A program made the translations under genes and the position numbers. Of a stretch of 16,020 nucleotides of DNA, positions 7,460-14,638 are shown piece by piece (positions within the stretch are counted from its first letter, which is position 1; the number at the start of each line of letters is the position of its first letter). A model generated the notes under the pieces. That model did not search any database, was not told the DNA's origin, and was given only the letters and a program-made list of their open reading frames with translations. The DNA comes from Planctomycetota bacterium (lineage in GTDB: Bacteria > Planctomycetota > MHYJ01 > WSZJ01). The DNA lies in NCBI GenBank assembly GCA_038060895.1, contig JBBTCT010000017.1:71841-87860 (forward strand), in the 5' to 3' direction.

Positions 7460-9160
7460 ATGACCCGCTTCCTCTCGCTCGTTCTGTCCCTGGCCCTCGC
7501 CCTCCCGCTCTTTGCCGAAAAGAGCGATCTCTCGAAGCGCTTCGACAAGGCGAAGGACTACCTCGCCGAAATCGAGGGGCACCTGGCGAAGTCGTTCATC
7601 GAGCGCGAGAACGTGAAGGGCGCGCAGTTGGTCGAGGCGTGCAAAGTCGGATTCTCGAAGGCGGTGGACGATGAGGCGTTCAAGAAGGTGAAGAGTTCGT
7701 TCCGGAAGGAGTTGATGGCGATCTGCCAGGATGAGGAAGTGGCCTCGATCGAGACATTGCTGGGCCGGGTCCGCAAGGCGGCCGACAAGGCCGGCGTCGA
7801 GGACCTGGATGTGCTGAAGCTCGCCGACCTCGGCGCGGCCTCCATGGTCCGGTCGATCGGGGATCCGTTCAGCAACCTGCTCAAGAGCGAGGACCTGCAG
7901 AAACTGATGAAGCAGATGCAGGGCGAGGGGAAGCAGGATTCGATCGGCGTCGGGTTGGAGCCGGGGAAAGAAGGGTTCAAGGTTTCGTTCGTGATGTACG
8001 GGTACGCAGGGTACGACGCCGGCCTCGCCTACGGCGACGAAGTTCTCGAAGTGGACGGTGAGAAGATCGGCGGCAAGGACCTGAAGGAAGTGCAGCCCCG
8101 GTTCGCGGTCAAGGAAGGCGAGTCCATCGTGCTCACCGTGAAGCGCGAAGGCTGGAAGAAGGCGTACGACATCTCGATCACGAATTCTCCGCGCAAGATC
8201 AAGGACGTGTGGAGCACGATGCTGCCGGGAGGAATCGGCTACCTGCGCATGACCGTGTTCGACCTCGCGCTGGGCGCGAACACGATGGACGCGCTGAAGT
8301 CGCTCCAGAAGCAGGGGATGAAGGCGCTGATCCTCGACCTCCGGAACAACCCGGGCGGCGCCATCAACGCGGCGATCGCGGTGGCGGACCACTTCATCGG
8401 TGGAAAGAAACTGCTCACCTACACCGAGTCGAACCTGGACATGTCGAAGGTCATGCCCTTCCCGGTGCCGGGGATGTCTGACCAGAAGCCGGAGATGGAA
8501 TACCGGGCGAGCCGGAAGACGGACTTCGAAAAAATGCCGCTCGTGGTGCTCGTGAACGGCTCGAGCGCAAGCGCCAGCGAAATGGTCTCGGGAGCGCTTC
8601 AGGACCTCGGCCGCGCCGTGCTGGTCGGCGAGAGGACGTACGGCAAAGGAATCGGGCAGACGGCGATCCCGCTTTGGAAGACGCAGGGAGCGGAGTTCGG
8701 GAAGTCCGCGGTGCCGATGCTGCCCAATCGATTCCTGTACCTGACCGTCATGCGGTACTTCCTCCCCAGCGGCCGCTCGATCCACCACAAGGGGATTGAT
8801 CCGGACGTCAGGGTGCTGATTCCCCAGATGGACGGGGAGACGTGGGACGGCGTTTTCCAACTGCGGAAATCGGGCGATGCGAAGAAATTTGCAGCGTCGA
8901 TCGAGGATACGCTTGCGAAGGAGCTGGCGGTGTACGACGGATTCGATCCCGCGGCGTACCCCGGGTTTGCGAAGTTTCACAAGGGCCTCGGCACGAAGCT
9001 GTCGAAGGACCGGGTTCGCGAGGAAGTCCGGCGTGAAGTGCGCTTGCGCGTCGGCGGCAAGGCCGCGCTCGTGGACATGGAGACGGACACGCAGGTGCAG
9101 CGTGCGATGACGATCCTGGCGGAGAAACTCGCGGAAGAATCGGCGCCGGGGAACAAGTAG
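7460..9160 (+). CDS. S41A carboxy-terminal processing protease (CtpA/Prc family)
   Basis: The ATG at 7460 follows GGAG and opens a signal peptide MTRFLSLVLSLALALPLFA. Motifs: DPFS, a PDZ-like segment, IGYLRM, LILDLRNNPGG, the catalytic Ser/Lys dyad SASASE...GERTYGKG, and RYFLPSGRSI...GIDPD. 566 aa. Confidence 0.95.
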   Translation: MTRFLSLVLSLALALPLFAEKSDLSKRFDKAKDYLAEIEGHLAKSFIERENVKGAQLVEACKVGFSKAVDDEAFKKVKSSFRKELMAICQDEEVASIETLLGRVRKAADKAGVEDLDVLKLADLGAASMVRSIGDPFSNLLKSEDLQKLMKQMQGEGKQDSIGVGLEPGKEGFKVSFVMYGYAGYDAGLAYGDEVLEVDGEKIGGKDLKEVQPRFAVKEGESIVLTVKREGWKKAYDISITNSPRKIKDVWSTMLPGGIGYLRMTVFDLALGANTMDALKSLQKQGMKALILDLRNNPGGAINAAIAVADHFIGGKKLLTYTESNLDMSKVMPFPVPGMSDQKPEMEYRASRKTDFEKMPLVVLVNGSSASASEMVSGALQDLGRAVLVGERTYGKGIGQTAIPLWKTQGAEFGKSAVPMLPNRFLYLTVMRYFLPSGRSIHHKGIDPDVRVLIPQMDGETWDGVFQLRKSGDAKKFAASIEDTLAKELAVYDGFDPAAYPGFAKFHKGLGTKLSKDRVREEVRREVRLRVGGKAALVDMETDTQVQRAMTILAEKLAEESAPGNK

Positions 9161-9172
9161 CACGGGGAGAAA

Positions 9173-9212
9173 GTTCAGGACGATTCAGGGAGAGTTCAGG
9201 AGAATGTTCAAA
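9173..9212 (+). repeat. Four short direct repeats (G/A)TTCA(GG) at 10-12 bp spacing
   Basis: GTTCAGG at 9173, ATTCAGG at 9183, GTTCAGG at 9194, GTTCAAA at 9206. Confidence 0.65.
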
Positions 9213-9243
9213 GGGGGGCGCGCTTCGCGCTCCCCCTTTTTTT
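9210..9243 (+). terminator. Rho-independent terminator after the S41 protease
   Basis: GGGGGGCGCG-CTT-CGCGC(T)CCCCC followed by T7 (9237-9243). Confidence 0.85.
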
Positions 9244-9258
9244 CAGGCGAGGAGAACC

Positions 9259-9777
9259 ATGAGATTCGTCACCGCGTTTGCGCTGGCCATCGCTCTTCCG
9301 CTCGCGGCCCTCGCCGAGGAAGCCGGAGAAAAGAAGGGGCCGGAGCCTGCGAAGACTCCCGAGGAATGCTACGCGCTGGCCTGCAAGGCGCTCTGCGATG
9401 GGGAAGGCGACACGTACTGGTTCTGCCTGTCCAGGGAGACGAGAAAGCAGCTCATCGCGCAGGCCGAAGAAGCGAAGAAGAACCACGCGAAGGAACTGGC
9501 GGCGGCGCTGAAGGTGACGGAAGAGGAGCTGGCGAAGATCGAACCGCGCGATGTCGCGCTCCGGCAGGTGCTGGGTGCGATGAACGACGAAGTCCGGAAG
9601 ATGCTGAAGAAGCAAAAGCTCTCGGCCGTGAAGATCGACGGAGAGAAGGCGACGGGCACGCTGGAGATCGACGGGGATCTGTCGCCGATCGAGTTTGTGA
9701 AAGAGGACGAGGGCTGGCGGATCGACGCTTCGGACAGCGAAGGTCACGAGCACGAGCACGAAGATGGCGGCAAATAG
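9259..9777 (+). CDS. Secreted hypothetical protein, NTF2-like/DUF4878-like (paralog 1)
   Basis: GAGGAG Shine-Dalgarno; signal peptide MRFVTAFALAIALPLAALA; pattern TP.E...LS.E.R...KIDGEKA...FVKEDEGWRID. Confidence 0.85.
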   Translation: MRFVTAFALAIALPLAALAEEAGEKKGPEPAKTPEECYALACKALCDGEGDTYWFCLSRETRKQLIAQAEEAKKNHAKELAAALKVTEEELAKIEPRDVALRQVLGAMNDEVRKMLKKQKLSAVKIDGEKATGTLEIDGDLSPIEFVKEDEGWRIDASDSEGHEHEHEDGGK

Positions 9778-9812
9778 AAGGCAGGACCGACGCCCCTGTT
9801 GAGGATGACTCC

Positions 9813-10382
9813 ATGAACACCATGCCCACGATGATTGCCGCCATGATTGCCGCCGCGCTCGCCTTCCTGGCTCCTGCCGGGGTGATGGCGGAGCCTGAGA
9901 AGCCGCCGGCGGACAAGGAGGTCGCGGAGACTCCCGGGAATGCGTGGACGCAGTTCCAGAAGGCCGTCGAGGCCAAGGATCGCGAGCGGATCTGGGCGCT
10001 CCTCTCGAAGGACTCGCGCGCGCTGCTTGAAACCGAGCTCGGCGCGAAACTCAAGTCCGCGGAGGGGGATTCGCGCAAGCAGCTGGCGGAAGAAATCGGC
10101 GTCACGGTCGAGGAGTTCGCGAAGATGAGCGAGAAGGACCTCGTCCTGGCCATGGTCATTGCCTCGGCGACGAAGGACAAGGACTCCATCCTGAAAATGA
10201 AAGTCACGGACATCAAGATCGACGGAGACAAGGCGGAAGGAAAGCGTGACGAGAAGGGCGAAGGCAAGGAAGAAGACATGGGCCCCGCGTACTTCCTCAA
10301 GGAAGACGGGGAATGGAAGCTCGACATGAAGCGGGAGATGGAAGAGAACGAGTCGGAAGAGCCGGACGAAGAGATCAAATAG
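9813..10382 (+). CDS. Secreted hypothetical protein, NTF2-like/DUF4878-like (paralog 2)
   Basis: GAGGA Shine-Dalgarno before the ATG at 9813; signal peptide ...AAMIAAALAFLAPAGVMA; pattern TP...LLSKDSR...KIDGDKA...FLKEDGEWKLD. This is the C-terminal 189 aa of the track's 9204 ORF. Confidence 0.85.
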   Translation: MNTMPTMIAAMIAAALAFLAPAGVMAEPEKPPADKEVAETPGNAWTQFQKAVEAKDRERIWALLSKDSRALLETELGAKLKSAEGDSRKQLAEEIGVTVEEFAKMSEKDLVLAMVIASATKDKDSILKMKVTDIKIDGDKAEGKRDEKGEGKEEDMGPAYFLKEDGEWKLDMKREMEENESEEPDEEIK

Positions 10383-10388
10383 CCTCGT

Positions 10389-11600
10389 TCAACTCCCGAG
10401 CAGTTTTCGCCCCATGGCCCCCGCCTCTTCCTTCGTCCTGACTTCCCCGTCGAGCTGGGCCGCTCGCACCGCGGCAAGCACTTCGCCGATTTTCGGCCCT
10501 CGCGTGGCTCCCATCGCCAGAACGTCGTCGCCCGTCAGCAGGCGCGGCGGGTCGAGGTCCCCCTCCGCGAGGCGCCGGGACAGGAGCGCGTGCCCCTCGA
10601 TCGAAGCGCCGCGGGCTTCCTGCGCCGCGCGATGAAGTTCGAGCAACTCGGCGGCACCGGGGTGGGCGAGCAGGGGCTTCCAGACCGAGGGGCGCATGGA
10701 CGAAGCGCGCTCCGGGTCGCGGCGGTGCGCGACAAGCCAGGCGACGCGCTCGCGCTCATCGTTCGAGCACTTCAGGTCGCGCGCCGAGGCCTCGGCAAGG
10801 CGGTACGGATCAGGCTGTGCCTCGTGCAGAAGCGCGGCGAAGGCGATCGCAAAGGGGCGGCGCGCAAGCCGCTCGACCGTGGCCACGGTCATCCCCCACG
10901 CGTCCTCGGGCATTCCTTTCAGCGCCGGGACGCAGGGAGCGAGCAGTCCCGTCTCACGCAAGAGCCGCAGGCCGCGCCCGGCCCCTGTCGCCGCCAGGAG
11001 CTTCGCGAGTTCCTCCTTCACCCGCTCCCGTGACACGGTGGACACTTCCCCGCTCCTCCGGGAAATCGCGGCCAGCGTCGCAGGCTCGATCGCGAAGTCG
11101 ATCTGCGCCGCGAACCGGACGGCCCGGAGCATGCGGAGTCGGTCCTCGTCGAAGCGCTTTTCTGGATCGCCGATGGCCCGGATGACCCTGGCCTTGAGGT
11201 CGGCCTGGCCGCCGACGAGGTCCACGACCTGGCCGGTCAGCGGGTCTTCCATCATGCCGTTGATCGTGAAGTCGCGGCGCAGGACGTCCGACTTGAGGTC
11301 GCTGAACGTGACGCTGTCCGGGTGGCGGCCGTCGGTGTACTTCGCATCGGCGCGAAACGTCGCGACCTCGACTTCCTCGTCCTGCACGAGCGCGATAATG
11401 ACGCCGAATTGTTTCCCGACGGCCACGTTCCGCCGGAAGACTTTCTGCACCGCGTCGGGCACGGCGTTCGTCGCGACGTCATGGTCGCCGGGCTCGCGCC
11501 CCAGCAGACGGTCGCGCACGCATCCGCCGGCGAAGTAGGCCTCGAAGCCGGCTTCGCGCAGTTTCTTCACGACGGTGAGGGCGGCTTCCCGGGAGTTCAT
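10389..11600 (-). CDS. cca: Class II CCA tRNA nucleotidyltransferase (no HD domain)
   Basis: GGCVRD, the DxD motif DHDVAT, flexible loop YTDGRHP, RRDFTIN, templating EDRLR, and ERVKEEL. VGKQFG does not match the poly(A) polymerase G(R/K)(R/K)F signature. Confidence 0.88.
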   Translation of the reverse strand: MNSREAALTVVKKLREAGFEAYFAGGCVRDRLLGREPGDHDVATNAVPDAVQKVFRRNVAVGKQFGVIIALVQDEEVEVATFRADAKYTDGRHPDSVTFSDLKSDVLRRDFTINGMMEDPLTGQVVDLVGGQADLKARVIRAIGDPEKRFDEDRLRMLRAVRFAAQIDFAIEPATLAAISRRSGEVSTVSRERVKEELAKLLAATGAGRGLRLLRETGLLAPCVPALKGMPEDAWGMTVATVERLARRPFAIAFAALLHEAQPDPYRLAEASARDLKCSNDERERVAWLVAHRRDPERASSMRPSVWKPLLAHPGAAELLELHRAAQEARGASIEGHALLSRRLAEGDLDPPRLLTGDDVLAMGATRGPKIGEVLAAVRAAQLDGEVRTKEEAGAMGRKLLGS

Positions 11601-13159
11601 ACTTTCCGATTATCGCAAGGGATCGATGAATTGGCCGTATCCGCGGCCGTTTCCGCCACATCCGCCTGCACCTGCCCCACCTTCACGTCCGGAACTGACC
11701 TCAGAATCCAGAACCCGATCACCATCATCACCACCAGCGATCCGATCGCCAGCCGGTACTGGTTGACCTCGGAGCAGCCGAGCGCCGCCGCCGCCAGGAT
11801 GATCCCTCCCCAGAGGATCGGCCCGATCACGGCGGACGTCTTTCCCGTCAGCTCCGACAGCGCGAAGAACTCCCCTTGCCGCGCGCGCGGGACGAGCGTC
11901 ACGAGCAACGGCCGCGAGCTCGTCCAGAGCGCGCCCAGGAGAAGCCCCAGGCCGGGACCGAGGATCCAGTAGGCCCGCGCATCTGTGGCCACCGCCGAGA
12001 GTGCGAGGAACACGATCCAGCCGACCAGCACCGCCAGTAGCGTCCGTTTGGGCCCCCATCGATCCGTCAGGAATCCGGTCGCCAGCGACCCCGCCAGCGC
12101 GGAAGCGATCGCGGTCAGGAGAAAATACCGGACCGATTCGTCGGAGAACTTCAGCACCTTCGCGCCGTAGACGGCCATGAAGATCGTCACCGTCGAGACC
12201 GCGTCCTCGTAGAAGTACTTTCCAATGAGAAATCGCAGGACGCCCGGATGCTCACGCGTCGCGCGCAGGCTCTTCAGAACCTGCGAGTAGGCCTGCAGGA
12301 CGCCCACCGGCTCTCCCGCCGGCCTCGGCTTCTCCCGGACCCAGATCAGGCACGGCAGGGCGAACAGCAGGTACAGGATCGCGGTGGGCACAAAGATTCC
12401 AGCCCGGCCCCAGCCACTCTCGCGGCGGCGCACTTCGGATCCCGGGACCGCGTCATTCCAGCTCAACTCGTAGAAGCGCTTCTGCGCCGTCGCGTCGAAC
12501 ACGTCGCGGGCTTTCAACTTACCCTGGGGGGCGAGGCCGTTCACTTCGTACTCGAGATTCACGTCGGGGTCGACCGGCCCGTCGCGCAGGGAGCCGTCCC
12601 GCGCGGAAATGACGGCGACCGGCTCCCACGGCTGCGAAAGGCACGGAATCGGCACGGAGGCCAGCTTCCCGGATTCGAAGGGCATGACCAGGATCACCCC
12701 GACGATGGCCCCGGCATACCCGGCCGCGACGCCGAACCCCGACACCCGCCCCATCGTCGCTTCTGGGGTCACGCTGGTGAGCAGCGAGTTGTAGAACACC
12801 ATCCCGGCGTGGTAGGCAAAGCTCGCGAGCACGAAACACGCCGTCGCCGCCAGAACGCGCCCCCCGGTCTCCGCAGTCGCGACCACCCCCATCAGCGCAG
12901 TCAGCGCGCAGCATGCCACCGTCGCCGCCCGAAGGTAGGACCGCTTCCGGCTGTACGCGTCGCTCCAGACTCCAAGCAGCGGCATCGTCAGAAGGACCAG
13001 GATGGCCGCGGCGACATTGGCGGCTCCCACCCAGAGATCGGATTTTCCGTTGTTCAATGTGACCCAGAGGGAAAAAGTCAGGGTCACGATGTTCATGGAG
13101 AAGATCGTGTTCGCGAAGTCGTAGAGGACCCAGGACGCGAGGGAGCGGTTGGGATTCAC
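11597..13159 (-). CDS. MFS transporter (UMF1/ATG22-like) with a large loop insertion
   Basis: WVLYDFANT; motif A-like G.WSD.YSRKR and GFLTDRWGPKR; FYNSLL...GRVSGFG...GYAG; GEFFAL..LTGK...GP. About 12 hydrophobic segments. ATGA overlap with cca. Start is GTG 13159 or TTG 13192. Confidence 0.92.
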   Translation of the reverse strand: MNPNRSLASWVLYDFANTIFSMNIVTLTFSLWVTLNNGKSDLWVGAANVAAAILVLLTMPLLGVWSDAYSRKRSYLRAATVACCALTALMGVVATAETGGRVLAATACFVLASFAYHAGMVFYNSLLTSVTPEATMGRVSGFGVAAGYAGAIVGVILVMPFESGKLASVPIPCLSQPWEPVAVISARDGSLRDGPVDPDVNLEYEVNGLAPQGKLKARDVFDATAQKRFYELSWNDAVPGSEVRRRESGWGRAGIFVPTAILYLLFALPCLIWVREKPRPAGEPVGVLQAYSQVLKSLRATREHPGVLRFLIGKYFYEDAVSTVTIFMAVYGAKVLKFSDESVRYFLLTAIASALAGSLATGFLTDRWGPKRTLLAVLVGWIVFLALSAVATDARAYWILGPGLGLLLGALWTSSRPLLVTLVPRARQGEFFALSELTGKTSAVIGPILWGGIILAAAALGCSEVNQYRLAIGSLVVMMVIGFWILRSVPDVKVGQVQADVAETAADTANSSIPCDNRKV

Positions 13160-13299
13160 GGGGCGAAAAGTGTACTGCCATGGAATGCGCAAATCGGCAA
13201 TTCGCCCGAAATGTCAGGCAACCCGGCGCGTCCTGAATTACAGCGTGGGGCGCCGCCCGGCGAGAGTTAGGATGTCCCGCGACTCAAGAGGAGGGCCCC

Positions 13300-14628
13300 A
13301 TGAACGAGACGCAGCAGATAGCGCATCTTTTCCGGCGGGCAGGATTCGGCGCCAGCATGAAGGAGCTGGAAGCGGCGCGGCGCGAAGGGTACGCGGCGAC
13401 GCTGGAACGGCTTCTGGCGTTTGAGAGCGTCGCCGACGACGTTGAGGGCGACCTCGCGGACGTGCAGGACGGGCTTCTCGACCTCAAGAACATCGAGGAC
13501 GTGCGCACGGCGTGGTGCTACCGGATGGTGCGCACCGCGCGGCCGCTTCAGGAACGGCTGACGCTGTTCTGGCACAACCATTTCGCGACGGGCGCGGGAA
13601 AAGTCGAGCAGGCGATGCTGATGCACCAGCAGATCGCGCTGTTCCGGCGGTACGCGGCGGGAAATTTCAGGTCGCTCCTGCTCGAAGTGTCGAAAAATCC
13701 GGCGATGCTGATGTGGCTCGACGGGCGCGCGAACCGCAAGGGGATGCCGAACGAGAATTACGGGCGCGAGCTGATGGAGCTGTTCACCCTCGGCATTGGG
13801 AACTACACGGAAAAGGACGTGAAGGAAGTCGCGCGGAGTTTCACGGGGTGGAACCTGCGCGAAGGAGCGTTCTTCTTCGACGAGCGGCAGCACGACAAAG
13901 GCGAGAAGACGGTCCTCGGCAAGACGGGGCCGCTGGACGGGACGGACGTCATCGACATCCTGGCCGCTCATCCTGCGACGGCGAAGCGGCTCTCGGAGAA
14001 GCTCTTCAAGGAGTTTGTCGGACCCGCGCCCGATGAAAAGACCGTTGAAGCGCTTTGCGCCGAGTATTTCCGAAGCGGCTACGACGTCCGCTCGATGTTG
14101 CGCGTGCTCTTTACGTCGAAGACCTTCCTGGCCGACGGCGCGCAGTGGGCGCGGATCAAGTCGCCCGCGGAGCTGGTGATCGGCGCCCTTCGAGCCATGC
14201 CGGCGATCGTTCCCGTGAAGGTCCTCCCCGCCCACCTGCGTCGCATGGGGCAGGACCTGCTCGCGCCGCCAACCGTGAAGGGCTGGGACGGGCACACGGC
14301 GTGGCTCTCGACCACGACGGTCATGAACCGCTTCAATTTCGCACGGGACGTCGGACCGGGCGTGGGCAACCAGCCGTCGCCCGCCCTCGCGCCCGGGCAG
14401 CTCGTGCAGGACTTCGCGATCGATTCCGCGGAGAAGCTCGTCGATCACATGCTGCAGCGCTTCGGGCCGCTCGAGATTTCCGCCGAGGCGAAGGCCAAGC
14501 TGGTGGAGTACGTGAAATCGCCGGAGCAGGCGAAAGGTCCGGTTTTCCCGGCGCAGCCGGCGTGGGACGGGAAAGTGCGCGGAGTGGCGCACCTCGTCAT
14601 GGCGCTTCCCGAATACCAGCTCGCGTAA
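13300..14628 (+). CDS. DUF1800 family protein
   Basis: HLFRRAGFG, LQERLTLFWHNHFAT, PAMLMWLDG, PNENYGRELMELFTLG, KSPAE, PPTVKGW and C-terminal PEYQL. GAGGAG Shine-Dalgarno. Confidence 0.95.
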   Translation: MNETQQIAHLFRRAGFGASMKELEAARREGYAATLERLLAFESVADDVEGDLADVQDGLLDLKNIEDVRTAWCYRMVRTARPLQERLTLFWHNHFATGAGKVEQAMLMHQQIALFRRYAAGNFRSLLLEVSKNPAMLMWLDGRANRKGMPNENYGRELMELFTLGIGNYTEKDVKEVARSFTGWNLREGAFFFDERQHDKGEKTVLGKTGPLDGTDVIDILAAHPATAKRLSEKLFKEFVGPAPDEKTVEALCAEYFRSGYDVRSMLRVLFTSKTFLADGAQWARIKSPAELVIGALRAMPAIVPVKVLPAHLRRMGQDLLAPPTVKGWDGHTAWLSTTTVMNRFNFARDVGPGVGNQPSPALAPGQLVQDFAIDSAEKLVDHMLQRFGPLEISAEAKAKLVEYVKSPEQAKGPVFPAQPAWDGKVRGVAHLVMALPEYQLA

Positions 14629-14638
14629 GGTGAAACCC

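Noticed and set aside
189-9160. LysM, TPR and S41 as a Prc-NlpI or CtpA-LbcA-like proteolytic module
   Set aside because: The genes are in separate transcription units, the TPR domain is probably cytoplasmic and not a lipoprotein, and the LysM protein has no hydrolase domain.
7436-9163. 575-aa antisense ORF
   Set aside because: It mirrors the S41 gene. Long antisense ORFs are expected with high-GC codon bias, and it has no recognisable motifs.
9165-9212. Possible mini-CRISPR array
   Set aside because: The repeats are 7 bp with 3-5 bp spacers, and there are no cas genes.
9204-9812. N-terminal half of the 392-aa ORF, suggesting a frameshift fusion of the paralogs
   Set aside because: It is an off-frame shadow of 9259-9777 and crosses a terminator. 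Paralog 2 has its own Shine-Dalgarno and signal peptide.
10389-11600. Poly(A) polymerase or CC-only enzyme
   Set aside because: The PAP signature is absent, and the flexible loop, EDxxR and ERxxxE motifs are intact.
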